Positions 51,601-59,548 of a DNA stretch of 64,000 bases are shown in pieces. Each line of letters begins with the position of its first letter. The stretch's first letter is position 1. The DNA lies in the IMG/VR virus record IMGVR_UViG_3300007513_000004, positions 159,403 through 223,402 of that record; one strand, written 5' to 3'. A program made the translations under genes and the position numbers. Below the pieces are notes generated by a model. It ran no database searches and was not told the DNA's origin. It worked only from the letters and a program-made list of their open reading frames with translations.

Positions 51601-52259
51601 GATGAGCTAATTAAATCTGAAGTTTCTTCATTGCTATAATATATCTGTCCCGCAATATGAGAATTATTATTTGCGCCTATACTTTCACCGGTATAGTTCA
51701 TATGAGCATTATAAATTTCTTCCAAAATCTCCTGAAGAGTTCCCTCTCCAAGAGCCATCGTTGCATCGGAAGACTCCTCAGCCTCCGCTGCTTCTACGGC
51801 TATTGCTTTGGCATAATGTCTATTTATAGCATCATCATGAACGTGTGCCGAAACAATCGCATTAAGCTCTTCAAGGGTTATAATAAACGCATCTAATCTG
51901 TTGTCCAAAATAGAAATTTGATCTTGCAGCAAATGAGTTGGAAAGTTTAATCGTAATTTGCTTTCATTAATTGCCGCGACTTTTGATACGTCTGTATCTG
52001 TAACAGGGCCTGAAAGAACATTCGATCTATCCAAAGCTTCTTTTAATATATTTCCATTTTCATCCAAAGCATTTGACAGCCTTGCCGAAACGGTATTTCC
52101 GGTTGCTCCTTGCGGATTTATACCCAGAGCCTTTTCAATATTAAATATTGCAGACCTAAGACTATTAAACACATCAGAGCCTATCTCGGTAATATTATCT
52201 CTAATTACCGGGATCTCTACTGATGTATCTAATTCATTTGGATATTTTGATTTTGGCAC
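48636..52259 (-). CDS. Fibre/appendage protein paralogue 2 with C-terminal parallel beta-helix (1207 aa)
   Basis: Paralogue of 52269..58181. GHFTDIKAAVDYA...IFLKEGTYNVSETIII...LSGAGPNTII marks a pectin-lyase-like beta-helix start. GTG start. Confidence 0.7.
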   Translation of the reverse strand: MPKSKYPNELDTSVEIPVIRDNITEIGSDVFNSLRSAIFNIEKALGINPQGATGNTVSARLSNALDENGNILKEALDRSNVLSGPVTDTDVSKVAAINESKLRLNFPTHLLQDQISILDNRLDAFIITLEELNAIVSAHVHDDAINRHYAKAIAVEAAEAEESSDATMALGEGTLQEILEEIYNAHMNYTGESIGANNNSHIAGQIYYSNEETSDLISSSSVQGAIDDLAELEGEGLRNSNLNFNSNGIIRTGSSYNAWEGNEIGTLLTEASEIIYDGPNDKSTSKVSFSTPPTPTTAPKPFDILSVVDSSFEEDNTEYLIASVALTDEGDVDYVMIFGGPVNEIEEGTTAKITKNQFVNYNENGLNCSVRPRYDKSNTPDVQVALPNAATIISSGIKPTSLEDGVADMIALEIDGGDTVEITVYDEDFDIQNLDTIVFKINDYAVANNLNIFAYKIRSLRCYELAITHVLPSFAEDSKNRTIKLVAATTDAAEVLGLSYLLDREVEGSGGNAYHINGRLLEDFGKIKKYGDDSILIAAGTMYLSSVSTDFIADDIRTGDLCVIDGSTESGDDGTFRIRNVSANTIILDPTSGTPALQGEISDDSSVFVIRCTAPIGEMEFLETDGLIMFDVFVDQNKDIFYKKKLDTVRHIETAGFYAIVSDVSGGFIQADDIYVVTVTTDGMAYLGTTVGESTTPPYDVTPGSEGEETFVGATGEYKVFSRDKMSYIVLEVLASGPPLSEQTSVLIGYDDLPSSVLHLCRGVYSADFGFILGSASETGGAVPTVRNKRITGTVDDTIIGEAFLERYIQGPRNELRTSGVIRATDIDSITYVDSSTCKITINPGVAVVNGVRFEYLGVTDLVYKYDGGVEDYNDTDNFYIALDGSGCIIVENEVDRAGAGAEYVSPFAGQAVANLAYVEVDTSGETTTVTDLRLFIDHIDHKLIGDITVANDQRFGHFTDIKAAVDYARMFSKLFPKMGTPNIFLKEGTYNVSETIIIDFDLILSGAGPNTIIQRSGELLVGGSSADQSVLIYIGGGEPGNRSSSEDIVYGVTLESFTYKQHESFTDRGSIVEVAQEISSTGSSTSSPEATFRLSKINCIGIDNGTRTSVNDAEPWEWAVRQGRGSGLYFGNLIVKDCFFDSIGWGDGAIYWDGGSYVNNVIINGNISINVTDQTTGPYGIGAESGLNNSTFYGYVEANNVSDDDY

Positions 52260-52268
52260 GTTATCCTC

Positions 52269-55200
52269 TTAACCGCAATGGTATGTGCATCCAACAAATG
52301 CTTTTTTATAGGTTTGACCATCAAACTCAAATTCAACACATTCATAATTATTACTATTTAAATCAAAATTACAATCTTGGGTAATCTTTGCCACAGTATA
52401 GTTGTGAAGCAAATCATCATCTTGCCTCATACCATAACCAGGAATTTCGCAAGTTGTTATGTAATCTCCATTCTCCAAATCACCATTTATATTACAAATC
52501 CAAACAGCACCTTCTCCTAGTGAGTTAATAATCAGCCTTTCATCATCCTCTTTTTTTGCATAAGAAGATACGAATGCTCCTATCGAATAAGATCTTGTAT
52601 CACTGCCTTCATCCTCCATATCAGATATTACTCCAAAAGCTTTTTTATCATTTCTTACACTTGATAGCCCAACCTCTGGCAATGATTCATTTATGCTAGG
52701 CTTTTTTAATCCATCTAGATTACTATAAAAACCCTTTGAAATAACTATCAGCCCTATGTTGTCCTTGTCGTGCAAGGCTTTATCCCCCAGAGATCTATGC
52801 TGACCTGTAAAGTTAAGCTCGTCTACATTATTTGCCGGATTTAAATATGCTCGAACACCATCGAAGGAACCTCCATAACTATTTTTATGATGAAAGGCTA
52901 ATACGTTTGAGTTTCCATCGTATGAAGATCTCACGTGTATTGTCCATCTAACATCTGCCGTACCGGCAAGGATTCCGTCATCACCGCCATGGGTTGCATA
53001 CTGATGAATCCTTATTCCTGAGTTGCTATCATCGTCAGATTGAAACACATCAAATCGCCCATTCTTCATAGCCATTCTAAATTTTTCATCAAAATTAGTG
53101 CCAAGCAGACCAGTGTTAAATGGATCTTCATCTACATTATATGGCCCAAAAGCTAAATTACTATAGGTATCTGACGATGAAGACCAATATGTTGCTATAT
53201 CTCCATACATAGATGTAGAGCCAGCCTTTATAAAAAGACATGGTCCCTCCGCCTGGCTGCCTGCAACATTTATTACCCCAACCTGATGACCTGGACTGCT
53301 TACTGATAAAGAATCATATATAGCAACATTTCCGGTTCTATCTATATACAAGGCCTTGCCATAGTCGGTCCACAAGCTCAAAGTATCATCGTCTGCAGCG
53401 GATCCAATCAATGTTTCAACGCCACTGCGGATAGCGAAACTAACATCGTCTATAGTAATGGATCCACCAACATTGAGATCGCCTGTGTTCACGGAACCAC
53501 TAACATTCAACCTGTGGCCATCAGGTGTCGTGGTCCCTATCGCAACGCCACCACTGCCATTGGCACACATCATAAGATCACTATCTCCAGAGTTTTGAAG
53601 ATGCATTGAAGAAGAAGCGGAACCATCTCTGGCCAATATCTCATTGGCATCGAATGCTAGATGATCACCGCTTGTATCTCCTACTATTAAGATTCCGGTA
53701 CTATTTGACTCACTTATTTCGTCCGAACCTGTGGTGCCTCCATAAACATATAACGGCACTTGAGAATCGGCCACCCCTATCCCAACTCCATCTTCAGTTA
53801 TGGTCAAACTATCACTTAAAGATCTTCTGTTGATCTTGAATACCGCCGAATCAGTTGTAGAGCTACTTCTTGTTCCCATTACAAATTGGCCATTGGAGGC
53901 AGGCGTGTCTCCATCCCACTCGATAAAGCCACCATGGTTAAACACGCCCGCATCTCCGGAGCAATCCTCAACAAACTCAATTCTTGATGAACAGTTTCCT
54001 CCCCCAGCATCGGGCGATCCCAGTCTAAACACCACATCATCACCAATGAGGTGAAGATTTGGCTGAGTTGTTGATGGACTTGAGTTTTCAATCGTTATAC
54101 TTTCTGCTATAATATCTGTTGCTGCAATATTTGTAACAGCAAGCGTTTCAATGGGAAGAAGCCTATCTGACCATTCATGATTGCCGTCATAGTCGATCTT
54201 GCCCGATCCTGAGCCATCATTATCAGCACATATGTTTCCAACTATTTGTATATTATTTATTGCAGGACAATCATCAAAGTCAAAAATATTTTCTCCAGCA
54301 ACATACGAGCCAACCAGCGGATCGACATAAGCACAATGAATAAGATAATTGTCCATCCCATCCACCACCATATCCGTTCCACCGGGAGCGATTCCTGACC
54401 CTCTAGAAACATTATTTGATATATTTATATTTCTAATATTTGCTGCAGCAAAATCATCAAACTTTATTGCTGAATTTAAAAATTGACAATTTGTTATAGA
54501 GATATTTCCTGCGCCATGATCTGTCGCCTCTTCCAGCCTGTCATGAGCCTCAACTATAATTCCGCCATAGCTAATGTCGGCAGCACCGTCAGCGCCCTCA
54601 TCACACTCTGATGAGTCAAAAATAACATTATCAATGTTAACTCCCCAATTTAGCTTATAGCCTTCCGAATCTGAAAGATGATTTGGGTCTTTAATAGATG
54701 GATCTATAATATTTATAGAAGAAAGTCTCATTCTGAAATTGCTTAAATTCACAAAGCCATTATTTATTACATCCATGTCCATATCTGGCACAGAAGAGCT
54801 TATAGTCGGATCAAGGCCATATGCATCATCATCAATGGCCATTCCAGGTCCTGCAATTTTTATACCAGACCAATTATCGGCGCTTCTTGAGACCAGCCTA
54901 GTATCTAGATCGTTAGAGTCATCATATATGTCGGCTATATCTATAACTGTCGAATATCCTTCTCCAACTATATTTACGGGAAAGTTTATCCATATACCTT
55001 GATTTAAATGTCTTGCATTAAGAGTTTTGTTATCGGTTGTTGTTCCAGAGTCCTCTGCGTGATCAACAATGACCCTATGAGTTCCAGACTTCAGATGAAT
55101 CGTCGGAACACCAGCGCTTGAATATGCTTCAGAAAATCTTTTCGCATACTTGAGAGCTTCATTGATTGTTAAAAAGTGTCCCATACCTCTTTGCGGAGAT

Positions 55201-58181
55201 ACGGTAATTGAATTAAGAATTCTTAAGTCTAATTGGTCAATAAATAATCTCAAATCAGTTGCAAAAGGAGGATCTCCAATAGTGGTGTCAGAACCATCTC
55301 CATTGTATTCTACAGTACATAAGACGCAATAATCATACGGATCAAATGGTGAGGAACAAACCCCGCTTGCTCCAGAGGAGTTTGAACTAGCAAAAACAAT
55401 CTCTCCCCACTGGTTCATGGCTACAAAAAATTTATCTGTATCGGGAGAAGGCCCCCAAGGAGAGTTGATTCCTGTTATCAAATTATTTCTTGCGCTTATT
55501 TCAAATCTTTTTCCCTTCACATAACAAACGCCACCCGCTATATCTATAACATAATGTCCGTTTACATTTATTGACTCATGATCATCCAAGTCAGTATAGG
55601 GCGTTAATAAGTCCGTGCTAGAGTCAAGAACCGATGTTGTCACCTCAAGCCCGCTGACTACACCATTTGATCTAGTTTCTCGAATAGGCCTTTGCTGCAT
55701 TGTGTATATGGCATCAGTTCCAAGATCCTTGTGTCCAACATTTCCTCTGCGCAACTTTGAAAAAAGCCTAGGATAATCAGTTCCAGCCCCGGAAACTCTT
55801 GAGGATCCAGCTTCATAATGCGATCTTGCAATGAGAAGATTTTGCCCATCATTTACCTCCTCAAACCCATAAAGACCTATAGTGGTAGCAACTCCAGACC
55901 CAGCGGCTCCAATGTCATCATCTATCTGTGCCGATATAGCAGAAGAATCCTGAATAAACAATGTAAGCTTTATATCATACTTTCCAGAAGATACCTCTAT
56001 ATAAGAGTTTGAAAGACTGCCCAGAATAACTGGATCGCCTCCATCTAAGGCTATTAAGTCAACTCCATCTACAGTCCTCTCTAACGTTAGCCCCTCTCCA
56101 GATGCTGCCGAATACACAGAGACATCCCCAGCAAAGTCTACTACGGCCACTACGTTCGAAACAGTATCTCCATCCCCCGTGTTGGATAAGGCTCCATATA
56201 TTAATCTTCTATTATAAAAAACACTTCTATCATAATCCATAAAAACATCTATAATTGCAACATATGAAGATCCGTCTATCTCGCTAAATGCCATATCTGC
56301 CAATGATAATGAATTTTTAAATATATAAAACTCTGTACTTTCATCAGAAGATCCTGTCCAAGCCCCGCCTGACAGTTGGTTTGAATCTACACCAACCTTG
56401 GACCCTGACTCATGAACGCTTGTTACGAGATAAGTTCCATCGTCAGCGCTAGATTCCGCAATGACCAAAAGGTCTCCTACACATATCGCTTCTTCTAAAA
56501 AGTTTACAGAAGTTGACGATATCTGTGACGATCCAGACAAAAGCTCCAACCCGGTCTCTGCCAATTTTGTACCAAGACCGTTATAAGCTTTGCCCTGTAT
56601 ATAATATCTTGTTCCAAGACCAGCATCTATAACTGAGTCTTCATAATCTGATAAGCCCATAGAGTCAAGGGCGTCATCGGATCCTCTTGAAACTTTTAAT
56701 GTATAAGAATTTGTAGCAGAACTTTCTATAGAATGAACAAATGCAATTTCAGAAGGCTTATTCTCATCATAATCTATTCTGTATGCATAAACGCTATAAC
56801 CTCCAGCCGAGAATTGTTCATTTAGCTTTTTAAGAATCGTATCAACCGTTTGTACTGTAGCTTCTCCATCATAAACATCCAAATCAATGGCGGTTCCTTC
56901 GTCAATTGTTATAGAAAAATATCTATTTCCTTCGGACCCTATTCCGTTTATTTCCGAAGGCCTTATTCCGTTTGTTATAATTGCTGCGGCTTCTGGGTTT
57001 GCTATTTGCAAAGTATCTGCATTAGAAGTTGGAATGCCAGATTCGTCATAGGCCTCATACTCTCTAACTGACACAAGCAATCCGCCAAGATTTGCTTCTT
57101 TGTTTGTGTTTTGATAAATTTTTGCCGTAGTATCAACCTCTGCATCTTCTCCGAATCTTGCAAAAACATATACTCCTGTTATTTTGGTCTCATCATCAGG
57201 GTCGTATACAACTTCGCTAATCTGATATTCTGCAGTTCCAGACTCATCTGTTATTTGTAATATATCAGACTTTTTAATGCTTATTTCAGGCACATCTTGT
57301 GCTGTATTAAAACCAATATGATGGCCCTGAGGCGACTCATAAGATATGCTTGCATAATAGGTTATGCCAGTACTATCCAGTATCAGCTGTCCTACGTCAT
57401 CCTCAAGAGAGGATACAAGCTGACCAGTTCTTGCTACTCCATTATCATGCTGATGATTCTGGTGATCATCAAGCTGACCAACGGCATGTGCCAAGATATC
57501 CTCTATAGCGCCCTGAACATCATCTGAATCTATATAGGCAGAAACATCTGTTGTATCAAAAAATAACTGATCAGCTTCGTGTGATCTGTTTGATATCGAT
57601 ATATCACTTCCATCATAATTTATATGCGATTGAAAAACTGACTCAAAAGCATCTTGCGATGTTGTAATATCTAAAGATGTAATTCCAGTTGAAGAAGAGG
57701 TATTATCAATAGCCTCTATAGTAATTGCCTGCCCCTTGTGTCTATTTGTAGCAGAAGTATGCACATGGGCATTAAACAAAACTGCAAGCTCATCTATTGT
57801 AGCAAGCATGGCATCTACTTGATTCATCAATTGAGATACTTCGTCTTGCAATAATTGCGTTGGATAATTTAAACGAAGCTTGCTTTCATTAATAGCGGCA
57901 GTTTTAGAAACATCACTATCAACAATTGGGCCACTTAAAACGTTCGCCCTATCAAGGGCTTCTTTTAATATATTTCCATTGCCATCTATAGCCTTATTGA
58001 GTCTGTCCGAAACAGTATTCCCAACAGCTCCTTGCGGATTAATACCCAACGTTCTTTCTATCTGAAATAAAGCAGATCTTATACTATTGAGGACATCAGA
58101 GCCAACCTCTATGATGTTGTCTCTAACTGCCGGTATTTCAATAGATGTATCTAATTCATTTGGATATTTTGACTTTGGCAT
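52269..58181 (-). CDS. Fibre/appendage protein paralogue 1 with beta-helix, fibre repeats and a putative C-terminal chaperone domain (1970 aa)
   Basis: Same N-terminal body as paralogue 2. IHLKSGTH beta-helix start and GxVGIGTTTP-type fibre repeats (GGVAIGTTTPDGHRLNVSG). C-terminus NFTGQH...NSLGEGAVWIC...GDYITT...FVGCTYHCG. Confidence 0.72.
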   Translation of the reverse strand: MPKSKYPNELDTSIEIPAVRDNIIEVGSDVLNSIRSALFQIERTLGINPQGAVGNTVSDRLNKAIDGNGNILKEALDRANVLSGPIVDSDVSKTAAINESKLRLNYPTQLLQDEVSQLMNQVDAMLATIDELAVLFNAHVHTSATNRHKGQAITIEAIDNTSSSTGITSLDITTSQDAFESVFQSHINYDGSDISISNRSHEADQLFFDTTDVSAYIDSDDVQGAIEDILAHAVGQLDDHQNHQHDNGVARTGQLVSSLEDDVGQLILDSTGITYYASISYESPQGHHIGFNTAQDVPEISIKKSDILQITDESGTAEYQISEVVYDPDDETKITGVYVFARFGEDAEVDTTAKIYQNTNKEANLGGLLVSVREYEAYDESGIPTSNADTLQIANPEAAAIITNGIRPSEINGIGSEGNRYFSITIDEGTAIDLDVYDGEATVQTVDTILKKLNEQFSAGGYSVYAYRIDYDENKPSEIAFVHSIESSATNSYTLKVSRGSDDALDSMGLSDYEDSVIDAGLGTRYYIQGKAYNGLGTKLAETGLELLSGSSQISSTSVNFLEEAICVGDLLVIAESSADDGTYLVTSVHESGSKVGVDSNQLSGGAWTGSSDESTEFYIFKNSLSLADMAFSEIDGSSYVAIIDVFMDYDRSVFYNRRLIYGALSNTGDGDTVSNVVAVVDFAGDVSVYSAASGEGLTLERTVDGVDLIALDGGDPVILGSLSNSYIEVSSGKYDIKLTLFIQDSSAISAQIDDDIGAAGSGVATTIGLYGFEEVNDGQNLLIARSHYEAGSSRVSGAGTDYPRLFSKLRRGNVGHKDLGTDAIYTMQQRPIRETRSNGVVSGLEVTTSVLDSSTDLLTPYTDLDDHESINVNGHYVIDIAGGVCYVKGKRFEISARNNLITGINSPWGPSPDTDKFFVAMNQWGEIVFASSNSSGASGVCSSPFDPYDYCVLCTVEYNGDGSDTTIGDPPFATDLRLFIDQLDLRILNSITVSPQRGMGHFLTINEALKYAKRFSEAYSSAGVPTIHLKSGTHRVIVDHAEDSGTTTDNKTLNARHLNQGIWINFPVNIVGEGYSTVIDIADIYDDSNDLDTRLVSRSADNWSGIKIAGPGMAIDDDAYGLDPTISSSVPDMDMDVINNGFVNLSNFRMRLSSINIIDPSIKDPNHLSDSEGYKLNWGVNIDNVIFDSSECDEGADGAADISYGGIIVEAHDRLEEATDHGAGNISITNCQFLNSAIKFDDFAAANIRNINISNNVSRGSGIAPGGTDMVVDGMDNYLIHCAYVDPLVGSYVAGENIFDFDDCPAINNIQIVGNICADNDGSGSGKIDYDGNHEWSDRLLPIETLAVTNIAATDIIAESITIENSSPSTTQPNLHLIGDDVVFRLGSPDAGGGNCSSRIEFVEDCSGDAGVFNHGGFIEWDGDTPASNGQFVMGTRSSSTTDSAVFKINRRSLSDSLTITEDGVGIGVADSQVPLYVYGGTTGSDEISESNSTGILIVGDTSGDHLAFDANEILARDGSASSSMHLQNSGDSDLMMCANGSGGVAIGTTTPDGHRLNVSGSVNTGDLNVGGSITIDDVSFAIRSGVETLIGSAADDDTLSLWTDYGKALYIDRTGNVAIYDSLSVSSPGHQVGVINVAGSQAEGPCLFIKAGSTSMYGDIATYWSSSSDTYSNLAFGPYNVDEDPFNTGLLGTNFDEKFRMAMKNGRFDVFQSDDDSNSGIRIHQYATHGGDDGILAGTADVRWTIHVRSSYDGNSNVLAFHHKNSYGGSFDGVRAYLNPANNVDELNFTGQHRSLGDKALHDKDNIGLIVISKGFYSNLDGLKKPSINESLPEVGLSSVRNDKKAFGVISDMEDEGSDTRSYSIGAFVSSYAKKEDDERLIINSLGEGAVWICNINGDLENGDYITTCEIPGYGMRQDDDLLHNYTVAKITQDCNFDLNSNNYECVEFEFDGQTYKKAFVGCTYHCG

Positions 58182-58223
58182 TAACTCTTCCTATAATTTT
58201 AACTTTCATATTCATTAAAATAA

Positions 58224-58231
58224 AATTAGTA
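58224..58231 (-). promoter_or_regulatory. Candidate late-promoter variant TACTAATT
   Basis: One mismatch to TACTAATA, 42 nt upstream of ATG 58181. Confidence 0.35.
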
Positions 58232-58254
58232 TTAGAAACTTGACAGATAATTGA

Positions 58255-58704
58255 TTAAGGCATTTCCATCTGATCTGTAATAGCATCAGCACCTACAAAG
58301 GCTGCAATTGTAATTGCAATGCCTAAAGATAAAAATCCTATATTTTCCAATGTTTGAAATCTATCTCTTCTATTATATTTATCCAAAAGATCCTGATTTA
58401 TTACAGTCAGATGAGCATATCTATCCACCTGTGACTGAGAATAATCAAGGTTTAACTTATACAAATCTATCTGCTGCACCCTCAGAACCTCTAACTCTCT
58501 ATGCCTATCTAACTCCAACTCTTTAGCTTCTAATTCTTCAATTCTATTAAGAAGAGCTGTTGCCTCATCGATGGTAAAGACATAAGAGTCTTCCTCAAGT
58601 GTTGTTCCAGCCTTCACTATATCTCCCGCCCAACTTATGCTGGGAGTAAAAACAAGAGAAGCTATAACAGCAAAAGACATCAATTGCTTTAAAACGAACC
58701 TCAT
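58255..58704 (-). CDS. Exported coiled-coil protein with signal peptide and C-terminal TM helix (spanin-like?)
   Basis: MRFVLKQLMSFAVIASLVFTPSISWA signal-like start with no lipobox Cys, central heptads, and C-terminal IGFLSLGIAITIAAFVGA. Confidence 0.6.
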   Translation of the reverse strand: MRFVLKQLMSFAVIASLVFTPSISWAGDIVKAGTTLEEDSYVFTIDEATALLNRIEELEAKELELDRHRELEVLRVQQIDLYKLNLDYSQSQVDRYAHLTVINQDLLDKYNRRDRFQTLENIGFLSLGIAITIAAFVGADAITDQMEMP

Positions 58705-58913
58705 AAATCTAACTCCATATTTCCGATATGATCTTTAACGTCTACCTTATCTGGAGACATTAAAGACTCCATCTCTTTTATATCAATTAAAAGATATTCC
58801 CTTCCTGTTGATATATTTTCTTTTATTTTTTCCGCAAGGGATATTAAGCCCTCATAAACTTTGCTATTTTTATCTTTTGAAATATCAATAAGCTTGTTAA
58901 TCTTTTCTAACAT
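58701..58913 (-). CDS. Small hypothetical protein (70 aa)
   Basis: Stop/start overlaps on both sides. Confidence 0.55.
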   Translation of the reverse strand: MLEKINKLIDISKDKNSKVYEGLISLAEKIKENISTGREYLLIDIKEMESLMSPDKVDVKDHIGNMELDL

Positions 58914-59275
58914 TAAAAACCTCTTTCATCAAAAAACTCATCTAGTTCATCTTCCGAAACTTCTTTTCTTGCCTCGAATTCTTCAAGAGTTTTTATTTCT
59001 TCTATTATTTCTTCTATTCTGCTTTCTAAACTTAAAATCTTTTCATCATTTCTATCTATTTCTTCTTGAGCTTTCTCAATTTCAACTTCGGTTCTAACCT
59101 TTTTAAGTTCTAGCTCAAGAATCTCGCGAGCATTTATTTTCTTTCTTAATAAGAAGACCGCTATAAAGCCAAAAATGCCTACTATTGCACCAAATATCAG
59201 TTTAGCTTTTAGTCCAACCTTTTTAAAAAAGTCACCAATTGCATACCAAAACCCTTTATCTTCTTCTTCACTCAT
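58913..59275 (-). CDS. N-terminal TM plus coiled-coil protein (i-spanin-like architecture, 120 aa)
   Basis: Start moved to ATG 59275 (MSEEEDKGFW), overlapping the upstream gene's end. One TM (LIFGAIVGIFGFIAVFLL) followed by a long charged coiled coil. Confidence 0.65.
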   Translation of the reverse strand: MSEEEDKGFWYAIGDFFKKVGLKAKLIFGAIVGIFGFIAVFLLRKKINAREILELELKKVRTEVEIEKAQEEIDRNDEKILSLESRIEEIIEEIKTLEEFEARKEVSEDELDEFFDERGF

Positions 59276-59540
59276 TATCTTCTTCCTGCTCCTCTTCCTT
59301 GCTATTTTCAGCTTCGTACTTCCTGTCAGTCCAACGCCTGGTAACATATGCTGTAAATGTCGCAGCAAGATATGCCGTCATTGCCGAAGCCTCCATGGGC
59401 TGAAGGCCTAATTCAAAGTCTTTATAAGAAATTCTACCGAAAGTCGCTAACAAAATGTTCAGTGTAACTACTGAAAAAGCAAAAAATGCGAATGTAAGCA
59501 TTGCATCTGGCTTTCCTGCTGTATTTTTAATCCAATACAT
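59268..59540 (-). CDS. Small two-TM membrane protein (holin-like, 90 aa)
   Basis: Two hydrophobic segments and a highly charged C-terminal tail. GGAGGG SD. Confidence 0.55.
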   Translation of the reverse strand: MYWIKNTAGKPDAMLTFAFFAFSVVTLNILLATFGRISYKDFELGLQPMEASAMTAYLAATFTAYVTRRWTDRKYEAENSKEEEQEEDNE

Positions 59541-59548
59541 TATCCCTC

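Noticed and set aside
58240-58245. Perfect TTGACA on the plus strand in an intergenic gap
   Set aside because: No -10 element at 16-18 nt spacing, and it points antisense to the flanking genes.
59276-59368. Track N-terminal extension of the 58913 ORF
   Set aside because: It lies inside the holin-like gene in another frame. ATG 59275 gives a typical coupled start.
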